A stretch of DNA of 15,275 nt, from the NCBI GenBank assembly GCA_039589315.1, contig JBDHHQ010000095.1:1-15275 (forward strand). The letters run 5' to 3'. The position numbers and the translations under genes are program-made. The DNA comes from Gemmatimonadota bacterium (lineage in GTDB: Bacteria > Gemmatimonadota > Gemmatimonadetes > Longimicrobiales > Gaopeijiaceae). The notes below the pieces were generated by a model, which did not search any database, was not told the DNA's origin, and saw nothing but the letters and a program-made list of their open reading frames with translations. Shown here piece after piece: positions 7,979-15,275 of the stretch. Numbering within the stretch: the first letter of the stretch is position 1; the number at the start of each line of letters is the position of its first letter.

Positions 7979-8038
7979 GCAGAGTGCGAGGGGTGTCCAG
8001 CGGGAGCGAGAACAGTGCTACGGCAGGCCACGGGAGCA

Positions 8039-10246
8039 ATGAAGAACCGGTATGAGGACCGAGCAGACGCCGGCCGGACATTGGCCGCCGTGCTGGAGAA
8101 GAAGCGGGACCTGGCAGATGCCCTGGTGTTGGCTCTTCCCCGGGGCGGCGTGCCGGTGGCCTTCGAGATCGCCCGAGCCCTCGGTATTCCGCTGGACGTG
8201 GTCGTCGTCAGGAAGCTGGGTGTACCCGTGCAGCCGGAGCTCGCAATGGGCGCCATTGCCACGGGAGGCGTGCGGTTCCTGAACGACCAGGTCATCGGCA
8301 TGGCCAGGATCGGGGACGACGTCATCGAAGATGTCACCCGCCGCGAGCTCGCGGAGCTGGAGCGTAGAGAGCGAACCTACCGCGGGGATGCTCCGGCCCT
8401 CGAGGTCCGGGGCCGGACCGTGATCGTGGTGGACGACGGAGTGGCCACCGGCTCGACATTCCGGGCAGCCCTGCGGGCGGTGAGGCAGATGGGTGCCAAG
8501 CGGATGATCGTCGCTTGTCCCGTGGCAAGCCCTGACGTCTTGGCCCGGTTGGGCGAGGAAGCGGATGAAGTGGTGTGTCCTCTCACGCCCGAGGACCTCT
8601 GGGCCATCGGCTACTGGTACGATCGTTTCGAGCAGCTGACCGACGCAGAGGTCCGGTCCTATCTCGAACGGGCCCGGGAGCTCCACCCAGGTCGCAGGGA
8701 AACGCCTCCGGACGCCTCGACGTCAGGGCCATCCAGGGCCGCTCCTCCTGACCGAGGCATCTCCGGGGGCGCCGCATTCATGGCCGGCGAGCTTCAGGTT
8801 CGTCAACTCGACGACTACCGCTGGCTGATTCCCGCTCAGGGCTGCATGCGGGTGCCGGGTCTCGTGTTCGCCGACCGCCAGCTCATGGACGACATCTTCT
8901 CGGACGCCGAGGGAGGTCACGCCGCCCTTCGGCAGGTAGCCAATGTGGCCTGCCTCCCGGGGATTGTCGGACACTCCATCGGGATGCCCGACGTCCACTG
9001 GGGCTACGGCTTCGCCATCGGTGGGGTCGCGGCGTTCGATCCCGAAGATGGGGGCGTCGTGAGCCCCGGCGGCGTGGGCTATGACATCAACTGTGGCGTG
9101 CGCCTCTTGTGCTCCGAGATCCTGGCGGATGATCTCTCGCCGGAGATGGTCGGCCTCATGAACCAGATCATGCGGGACGTTCCGGCGGGAATCGGCTCTC
9201 ATCACAAGAGGGGCAAGCTCAGCGAGGAGGATGTTCGCGGCGTGCTCCTCGAGGGGAGCCGGTGGGCGGTGGAGAGAGGATTCGGGGTACAGCGTGACCT
9301 GGATCATACCGAAGCGGGAGGCCGACTCTCCGGGGCGGACCCGGACAAGGTGAGCACACGAGCGATTCAGAGGGGCCGGCCACAGCTCGGCACGGTGGGC
9401 TCGGGGAATCACTTCATCGAGGTCGGGTACGTCGATGATATCTACGATTCGCCCGCCGCCGATCAGCTGGGGCTGGCGCCGGGAACCGTCTGTGTGCTCA
9501 TCCATTCGGGCTCCCGGGGTCTTGGCTACCAGGTGTGCGACGACTTCCTCGACCTGATGCTCCAATCTGCTGCTCGTTACGGCATCGACCTTCCCGACCG
9601 GCAGCTCGCCTGCGCGCCCCTCACTTCCCCGGAAGCGACGCGATACTTTGGAGCGATGAATGCTGCCGCGAACTTCGCCTTCGCCAATCGCCAGATGATG
9701 GCCCATGAGGTGAGAGGGGCCTTCGCCCGGGTCCTCGGTCGCTCCTGGCAGGAGCTCGGTCTCGAGCTCGTCTACGATGTCGCGCACAACATCGCCAAAT
9801 GGGAGACGCACGAGGTCGAAGGGGCTCGCCGACGTCTCTGCGTCCACCGCAAGGGCGCCACCCGCGCCTTTCCCCCGGGGCATCCCGAAGTGCCCGAGGC
9901 CTATCGCGCGCTGGGCCAGCCCGTTCTCATACCCGGTGACATGGGGCGCTACTCGTACGTATTGCTCGGGACGCCCGCCGCGTTCGTGGAGACCTTCGGA
10001 TCGACGTGCCATGGAGCAGGGCGCCGGATGAGCCGAGCCTCGGCCAAGAAGTCGGTGGCCGGACGTGCCCTGAAGAGAGAGTTCAGGGAGAGGGGAATCG
10101 AGGTCAGGGCCTCGTCCTACGCCACGGTCGCGGAGGAGATACCCGAGGCGTACAAGGACGTCCGGCAGGTCGTGGACGTGGTGGACGGGGCGGGGATCGG
10201 ACGCAAGGTGGTCCGTCTGAAGCCCATGGGCGTCCTGAAAGGGTGA
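8039..10246 (+). CDS. rtcB: In-frame fusion: type I phosphoribosyltransferase (about 8039-8680) + RtcB RNA ligase (8780-10246)
   Basis: 735 aa with no stop. PRT part: DRADAGRTLA, LALPRGGVPVA, RKLGVP..PELAMGA, VIVVDDGVATGST. RtcB part: MPDVHWGYGF, YDINCGVR, GSGNHF, IHSGSRG, AHN, HRKGATRAF, STCHGAGR, terminal KG. An internal ATG at 8780 could be a separate start. Confidence 0.9.
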   Translation: MKNRYEDRADAGRTLAAVLEKKRDLADALVLALPRGGVPVAFEIARALGIPLDVVVVRKLGVPVQPELAMGAIATGGVRFLNDQVIGMARIGDDVIEDVTRRELAELERRERTYRGDAPALEVRGRTVIVVDDGVATGSTFRAALRAVRQMGAKRMIVACPVASPDVLARLGEEADEVVCPLTPEDLWAIGYWYDRFEQLTDAEVRSYLERARELHPGRRETPPDASTSGPSRAAPPDRGISGGAAFMAGELQVRQLDDYRWLIPAQGCMRVPGLVFADRQLMDDIFSDAEGGHAALRQVANVACLPGIVGHSIGMPDVHWGYGFAIGGVAAFDPEDGGVVSPGGVGYDINCGVRLLCSEILADDLSPEMVGLMNQIMRDVPAGIGSHHKRGKLSEEDVRGVLLEGSRWAVERGFGVQRDLDHTEAGGRLSGADPDKVSTRAIQRGRPQLGTVGSGNHFIEVGYVDDIYDSPAADQLGLAPGTVCVLIHSGSRGLGYQVCDDFLDLMLQSAARYGIDLPDRQLACAPLTSPEATRYFGAMNAAANFAFANRQMMAHEVRGAFARVLGRSWQELGLELVYDVAHNIAKWETHEVEGARRRLCVHRKGATRAFPPGHPEVPEAYRALGQPVLIPGDMGRYSYVLLGTPAAFVETFGSTCHGAGRRMSRASAKKSVAGRALKREFRERGIEVRASSYATVAEEIPEAYKDVRQVVDVVDGAGIGRKVVRLKPMGVLKG

Positions 10247-10260
10247 CGGAAAGCCGCTCG

Positions 10261-11247
10261 ATGCCGACATCCGACCTATTGCTTTTCGCGCTGGGAGCCA
10301 GCCGCACCTTCGGCCAGAGGGTCGCTGACAGACTCGGGATTCCCTTGGCCGACCACGAGGAGAGAGAGTTCGAGGACGGTCAGCACAAAGCCCGAAGCCT
10401 GGTCAACGTCCGTGGGCGGGACGTGTTCGTGCTCCACGGCCTCCACGGCGACGACGAGCAGAGCGTCAACGACAAGCTGTGCCGACTGCTGTTCTTTCTC
10501 GGCTCCATCCGGGACGCCTCGGCGGCAACGGTCACGGCCGTCGTGCCCTTCCTCTGTTACTCACGGAAGGACAGGAAAACCAAGCCGCGCGACCCGGTGA
10601 CCACACGCTACGTGGCTGCTCTGTTCGAAGCAGTGGGCGTCGATCGTGTGGTCACGCTCGACGTCCATAACCCCGCGGCGTTTCAGAATGCGTTCCGCTG
10701 CCGGACGGAGCACCTGGAGGCCCGGAAGCTGTTCGTGGAATACCTGGCTTCGGCGCTGGGCGAGGACCCCGTGGCCGTGGTATCACCCGACGTCGGGGGG
10801 ACCAAGCGAGCCGATGGGCTTCGCCAGTCCTTGGCGAGCCGATTGGGTCGGCTCGTGAGCGGGGCGCACGTCGAGAAGTACCGAAGCCAGGACGTGGTCA
10901 GCGGCGAAGCGCTGGTGGGTGACGTGGCCGGTCGCACGGCGTTCCTGTTCGACGACATGATCAGCAGCGGTGGCACGGTCGCGCGGGCGGCGGGCGCATG
11001 CCGCGCCGGCGGCGCTCGACGGGTCTGGGTAGGTGCCTCACATGGCGTGTTCACGCCGGAGGCTCGTGACGCCCTGGTCGACGACGCCATCGACCGCGTG
11101 GTGACGCTCGACACGATCCCACCGGACCGCCTCGGTACCGGTACCGCCCGCTCGAAGCTTGTCCAACTCGACGCTACCAAGCTCTTCGCTGACGCCATCC
11201 GGGCGATGCATGTCGGTGGCTCAGTCGTAGAGCTGCTGGAGCCGTGA
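10261..11247 (+). CDS. prs: Ribose-phosphate pyrophosphokinase (PRPP synthetase)
   Basis: Likely start ATG 10261 (328 aa). FEDG, VRGRDVFV, PFLCYSRKDRK, TLDVH, VVSPDVGG.KRA and FDDMISSGGT motifs. Confidence 0.93.
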   Translation: MPTSDLLLFALGASRTFGQRVADRLGIPLADHEEREFEDGQHKARSLVNVRGRDVFVLHGLHGDDEQSVNDKLCRLLFFLGSIRDASAATVTAVVPFLCYSRKDRKTKPRDPVTTRYVAALFEAVGVDRVVTLDVHNPAAFQNAFRCRTEHLEARKLFVEYLASALGEDPVAVVSPDVGGTKRADGLRQSLASRLGRLVSGAHVEKYRSQDVVSGEALVGDVAGRTAFLFDDMISSGGTVARAAGACRAGGARRVWVGASHGVFTPEARDALVDDAIDRVVTLDTIPPDRLGTGTARSKLVQLDATKLFADAIRAMHVGGSVVELLEP

Positions 11248-11268
11248 GCGCACTGCTCGCTCCGGAGT

Positions 11269-12360
11269 CTAGGTCTGGGCTCTCTCGCCTGTGAGATCCG
11301 CCGCCTGGATGTACCATTCAGCCCGCTCGCGCCACTCTTCGGCACGGTCGATCCCGGGCTCGCGCAAGTGCCAGATGGCGATCTTGGCACGGCGGAGGGC
11401 CCGGAATCTCCGATAGAAGTCGAGTAGCTCCGAGGGTGGATCGTCGCCGGTCACGTCCCGGTATCGGTCGAAGAACCATGGGCCCACCGCCGGGGCTCCG
11501 AGTCGCTCGCACTCAAGGGCAAGGAAGCTGAGCTCGTCGGCCGGATCCAGGATCCTGAGGTCCCGGCTGAATTCGAGGCAGTCGATGATGGCGGGTGGAT
11601 CGGTGAGGCAGATGTGCTCAGGGCGCAGATCGCCGTGGCCTTCCACCACCCGGCCCTCCTGAACGCGCCGGTCCAACGCTTGGGAGGACTCCTCGACGTA
11701 TTGGAGCTGGCAGTGCGCGACGCGCAGTACGGCCTCGGCCGGTAATTGGTAGACAGGCGTGACCAGCTCCTCGCGATCCGCAGGGATCCCTTCCTGCAGG
11801 TGTTGCCGGTAACCCGCACCGTCGATCAGCGCGGGAATGGCCTCTTCGTAGAAACGGGCCAGCATGGCAGCCGCGGGTTCCACATCGGCGCGATGGAGAG
11901 CTCCGTCGGCGATGACGCGGTCGAGCATGCGTTCGGCGGGGAGGCGAACCATCTTCACCAACCAGTCGACGACCACGCCCGAGCCGGCCAGTTGCAGCTC
12001 GCCGTACCCTTCCATCGAGAGGGGCACCACGTCGATGTAGACCTGAGGCGCCAGGCGTCGGTTCAGCCGCAGCTCCCGGTGGCAGCTCCGACGCCGCAGC
12101 TCGATGCGGCTGAAATCCAGAACGTCGTAGCGGATGGGCTTCTTGAGCTTGTAGGCGTATTGGTCGGTGAGGAAGACCCACGACATGTGGGTCTCCACGC
12201 TCTCCACCTGCCGGGTTTGCTCCGGGTATGCGTTCCGGCGCTTGAGGAAGGCGACTTTGTCGTCGAGGGACGGTGTGGCCGCGGAGGACGGTGGGTGCGT
12301 GTCGCCCACGGTCAACCGTCCGAGAGGAGCTGTCGATTCACCACGTCCATCGGGTCTCAT
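11269..12360 (-). CDS. Aminoglycoside-phosphotransferase-fold protein resembling the Rv2004c N-terminal domain
   Basis: ETHMSWVFLT..AYKLKKPI...LDFS, ELRLNRRLAP.VY, HGDLRPEHIC, DCLEF motifs. No C-terminal P-loop domain. Start uncertain (ATG 12360 or a downstream GTG). Confidence 0.85.
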   Translation of the reverse strand: MRPDGRGESTAPLGRLTVGDTHPPSSAATPSLDDKVAFLKRRNAYPEQTRQVESVETHMSWVFLTDQYAYKLKKPIRYDVLDFSRIELRRRSCHRELRLNRRLAPQVYIDVVPLSMEGYGELQLAGSGVVVDWLVKMVRLPAERMLDRVIADGALHRADVEPAAAMLARFYEEAIPALIDGAGYRQHLQEGIPADREELVTPVYQLPAEAVLRVAHCQLQYVEESSQALDRRVQEGRVVEGHGDLRPEHICLTDPPAIIDCLEFSRDLRILDPADELSFLALECERLGAPAVGPWFFDRYRDVTGDDPPSELLDFYRRFRALRRAKIAIWHLREPGIDRAEEWRERAEWYIQAADLTGERAQT

Positions 12361-12436
12361 GCCCTTTCAGGTCGGAGTGACGGATCCTCGGCCGCCCACG
12401 CCGGCCGCCTCTCGGGACTGCTTCGCCGAGCCATCC

Positions 12437-12673
12437 CTAATCGATCTTCCCGATCACACCTCCCGGAGCCACCACGCCGTCGGCGGGCACCGTGATCCGA
12501 AGCGTGCCGTCCGCCGGAGCCTGGATCTCGAACTCGGTCTTCTCCGCCATGACCACGGCGACGACGGACCCTTCCGTAACGGTCGCTCCGTCCAGGTAGA
12601 GCCACTGGCTCAAGACGGCTTCCGGGATCTTGGCCGTGTCCCACAAGCCGTCCGGAACCCGGATCTGTGTCAC
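12437..12673 (-). CDS. Stand-alone biotin/lipoyl-carrier domain protein
   Basis: 78 aa. W...DG..V.EG..V..VMAEK...EI.APADG.L pattern with the modifiable Lys. GTGA overlap with the E1beta stop. Confidence 0.9.
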   Translation of the reverse strand: MTQIRVPDGLWDTAKIPEAVLSQWLYLDGATVTEGSVVAVVMAEKTEFEIQAPADGTLRITVPADGVVAPGGVIGKID

Positions 12674-13704
12674 GCCAAAGCTCCCACCTGCCTGCCACTC
12701 TCGACCAGCTCACGTGCCGCCTGCGCGATCCTGTCCGCGTCGGGTAGAGCGTACTGCTCCATGGGTCGGCTGAAGGGGATCGGGATGTCCGGATAGGCGA
12801 TGCGTCGCGGTGGCGCCTTGAGGATCGTGAGATCGCGCTCGACCACGGACGCGATGATCTCCGCTGTGACCCCATAGCTGGTGTAGTCCTCGTCCACGAC
12901 CAGGAGCCGGCCGGTCTTCCCAACGGAATGCAGCACGCCTTTCCGGTCCAGCGGGACCAAGGTACGTAGATCGATGACTTCGGCGTCGATTCCCTCTGCC
13001 TCCAGCGCTTCGGCCGCCTCGAGAGCCCGGTGCACCATCAGACCCAGTGCCACGATGGTCACGTCACCGCCCTCGCGGCGGATTCCCACTTCGCCGAAGG
13101 GCAGCGCGTACGGCTCCTCCGGCACGTCGGCAATGGCCGTCGCGACGTTCCACATCCAGCCCAGGCCCTGAAGCCCTTTGTGGAACATGTAGAGGACCGG
13201 GTTGTCGTCGCGGATCGCCGCGATCATGAACCCCTTGGCGTCGTGCGCGTTGGAGGGGACGACGACCTTCAGGCCCGGCAGATGGGCGAACGTCGCATAG
13301 AGGCTCTGGGAGTGTTGCCCCGCGTCCCCGTACCCACTTCCGGTCGCGGTCATGAGCACCATGGGGACGTTGAAGTTGCCGCCCGAGAAATAGGTATTCT
13401 TGGCGGCGAGGTTGTAGATGGCGTCCATGCAGACGCCGAAGAAGTCCACGAACATGAGCTCGGCAATGGGCCGCATGCCCGACATGGCGGCTCCCACCGC
13501 CGCTCCGATGAAGGCGGTCTCCGAGATGGGCGTGTCCCGAACGCGCTTCGGCCCGAACTCCTCGAGCAGGCCCTTCGTCGAGTCGAAGATGCCCCCGTAT
13601 TCACCGATGTCCTCGCCCATTACGAAGACCCGGGAATCCGCGCGCATTTCCTGGGCAATCCCTTCCGTGAGCGCCTTGGCGATCGTGAGGTTTCGAGGTC
13701 CCAT
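12670..13704 (-). CDS. 2-oxoacid/acetoin dehydrogenase E1 beta subunit
   Basis: 344 aa; AGGAGG RBS. MGEDIG..GG, RDTPISE, PIAELMFVDF, GQHSQS, EVIDLRTLVPLD motifs. Confidence 0.93.
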   Translation of the reverse strand: MGPRNLTIAKALTEGIAQEMRADSRVFVMGEDIGEYGGIFDSTKGLLEEFGPKRVRDTPISETAFIGAAVGAAMSGMRPIAELMFVDFFGVCMDAIYNLAAKNTYFSGGNFNVPMVLMTATGSGYGDAGQHSQSLYATFAHLPGLKVVVPSNAHDAKGFMIAAIRDDNPVLYMFHKGLQGLGWMWNVATAIADVPEEPYALPFGEVGIRREGGDVTIVALGLMVHRALEAAEALEAEGIDAEVIDLRTLVPLDRKGVLHSVGKTGRLLVVDEDYTSYGVTAEIIASVVERDLTILKAPPRRIAYPDIPIPFSRPMEQYALPDADRIAQAARELVESGRQVGALA

Positions 13705-13770
13705 TTTTCACTGCCTCCTGGATGTGCGTCCCGCGACTCCGCGCTCGTCGGCACCGCAGGAGCGTTGCGC

Positions 13771-14757
13771 TCAGACGAATACCTTTTCGAGGGCTTCCTC
13801 GGGCTCCGGGTAGGCGCTCTCCCGAGCGAAGGCGAAAGCGTCATCCACATTCTCTTTCGCCCTTGCCTCGATCTCCTGCGCCTCGCCCTCCGTCATGTTT
13901 CCGCCCTGGATCACCAACTCCTTGAAGCGGGGGAGGGGGTCCTTCTGCTGGAGCTTCTCCACCTCGTCCGAGGGGCGGTAGGCTTGGGGGTCTCCCTCGA
14001 AGTGGCCCATGAACCGGAAGGTCTCGATCTCGATGAGCGTGGGTCCTTCTCCCTTACGAGCCCTCTCGACCGCTTCGCCCGCAGCCTGGTAGATCGCCAC
14101 CGTGTCGTTTTCCGCCACGTGGACACCGGGAATCCCGTACGCCCGGGCCCTGTCGCTGATGCGGGCGATAGAGGCCGACCGTGACTTGGGCACGGAGATG
14201 GCCCAGGCGTTGTCCTCCACAACGAAGATCACAGGCAGCTTCCAAAGGGCCGCGAGGTTCACCGACTCGTGGAAGCCTCCCTGATTCACGCCTCCATCTC
14301 CGATGTAGGAGACGGCCACGTCGTCCGTGCCCCTCATGGTGGCAGCGAGCGCGGCCCCCACGGCAGGCCCTCCGCCCTCGGCGATGATCCCGCTGCAGGA
14401 GAAGTTGACCGCCGGATCGAACAGGTGCATGTGACCACCCCTGCCCCCACTGAGCCCCGACTTCTTGCCGAAGATCTCGGCTGTCATGCGCTTCAGGTCG
14501 ACGCCCTTGGCGATGGCGATATGATGGGGCCGGTGTGTGGCCGTGACCGTGTCGGTCGGGCGGAGGTGGGCGCAGACGCCTGCGGCACAAGGCTCCTGGC
14601 CCGCGGACAGGTGCATCTCGCCCGGCACGGGCCCTTCGGCGATGTCGAACTTGGGCGTCTTCCCCTCCAGGTACACTCGGGCCATGGTCTCCTCGTAATA
14701 ACGCGCCCGGACCATGGTCTCGTACATCCAAAGCAGGCGTTGGCGTGGAATCTCCAT
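13771..14757 (-). CDS. TPP-dependent 2-oxoacid/acetoin dehydrogenase E1 alpha subunit
   Basis: GAGGAG RBS, ATG 14757 (328 aa). HLSAGQE, THRPH, GRGGHMH, TPP motif GDG...EDN, RFMGHFEGD. Confidence 0.93.
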   Translation of the reverse strand: MEIPRQRLLWMYETMVRARYYEETMARVYLEGKTPKFDIAEGPVPGEMHLSAGQEPCAAGVCAHLRPTDTVTATHRPHHIAIAKGVDLKRMTAEIFGKKSGLSGGRGGHMHLFDPAVNFSCSGIIAEGGGPAVGAALAATMRGTDDVAVSYIGDGGVNQGGFHESVNLAALWKLPVIFVVEDNAWAISVPKSRSASIARISDRARAYGIPGVHVAENDTVAIYQAAGEAVERARKGEGPTLIEIETFRFMGHFEGDPQAYRPSDEVEKLQQKDPLPRFKELVIQGGNMTEGEAQEIEARAKENVDDAFAFARESAYPEPEEALEKVFV

Positions 14758-14979
14758 ATCTGTGCTCCTCTCTCGTGAGCGCGCCACCAGCGACTGCCCC
14801 CTCACGGAGGGGCGCGGCAGTCGATGATCGTCTCGCCTCGCCGCGCCTCCACGCCCGGGTCGGACCCCGCGGGCCGCGGACGATGGGCCACAGCGATGGT
14901 CGTGTGGTTCGAGGCCGTCAGGCACTCCGACGGAGCAACCTGACTGCGTCGGTCGCACGGCAGGCCGGCGGCTCATTCT

Positions 14980-14996
14980 CGCAAGAGGAGTGCCAT
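14980..14996 (-). promoter_or_regulatory. sigma54 -24/-12 promoter for the dehydrogenase operon
   Basis: Minus strand ATGGCACTCCTCTTGCG, consensus TGGCAC-N5-TTGC. Confidence 0.82.
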
Positions 14997-15275
14997 CCGT
15001 GTGTTGATCTCGGGGAGTCCAACGGTCCACTCGACGTGAAGCAGGGTCGGCTCGTCGAGGGACGGGAAGTGGATTCGCGTTCGCCGTTTCCGGCCGGACG
15101 AACTCGGAGCGCCTATCCCAGGGTGCGCCTGGGCGCGAGACACCCACAAGGAGGGAACACAAGACGCCGCCGCAGGGACATTGTGTCTCAATGCTAGACG
15201 CTCCACGGCGGATGATGCCCGGTCGCGGACGATCCCGGGCCCCTCTATGAACAACAGCAGCGACTCGAGCGCTGA

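Noticed and set aside
8723..10270. 515-aa antisense ORF, and similar long ORFs such as 13030-14184 +, 5719-6792 -, 3359-4036 +
   Set aside because: They overlap well-supported genes, show no recognisable motifs, and are typical shadow frames of GC-rich coding DNA.
14902..14920. GGTTCGAGGCC resembling a tRNA T-loop (tRNA or Y-RNA near rtc genes)
   Set aside because: No T-stem, acceptor stem or cloverleaf can be built around it.
1..15275. CRISPR array, IS element, integrase, rRNA
   Set aside because: No regularly spaced repeat-spacer units, transposase or integrase motifs, or rRNA-like sequence seen.

Overview
GC-rich bacterial window that reads as a mosaic stress/dormancy island. Intact genes: RtcA, an HPF/RaiA plus cold-shock-domain protein, a DUF72 protein, an MTH1187-family protein, a CBS-pair protein, FtsH, an in-frame phosphoribosyltransferase-RtcB fusion followed by Prs, an Rv2004c-like APH-fold kinase domain, and a 2-oxoacid/acetoin dehydrogenase E1alpha-E1beta-free lipoyl domain operon with no E2 core or E3. 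Five gene remnants lie between them: three CBS genes, an NtrC-type sigma54 activator and an Hsp20. The non-coding DNA carries a consistent regulatory pattern. Six sigma54-type -24/-12 motifs sit correctly oriented upstream of genes or remnants, and a 19-bp palindrome (ATGGG-N9-CCCAT) occurs as tandem pairs with a 20-bp period, one pair centred between divergent sigma54 promoters. The gene set parallels the mycobacterial DosR dormancy regulon but appears wired to sigma54 and an enhancer. All calls come from reading motifs by eye; no database searches were run.
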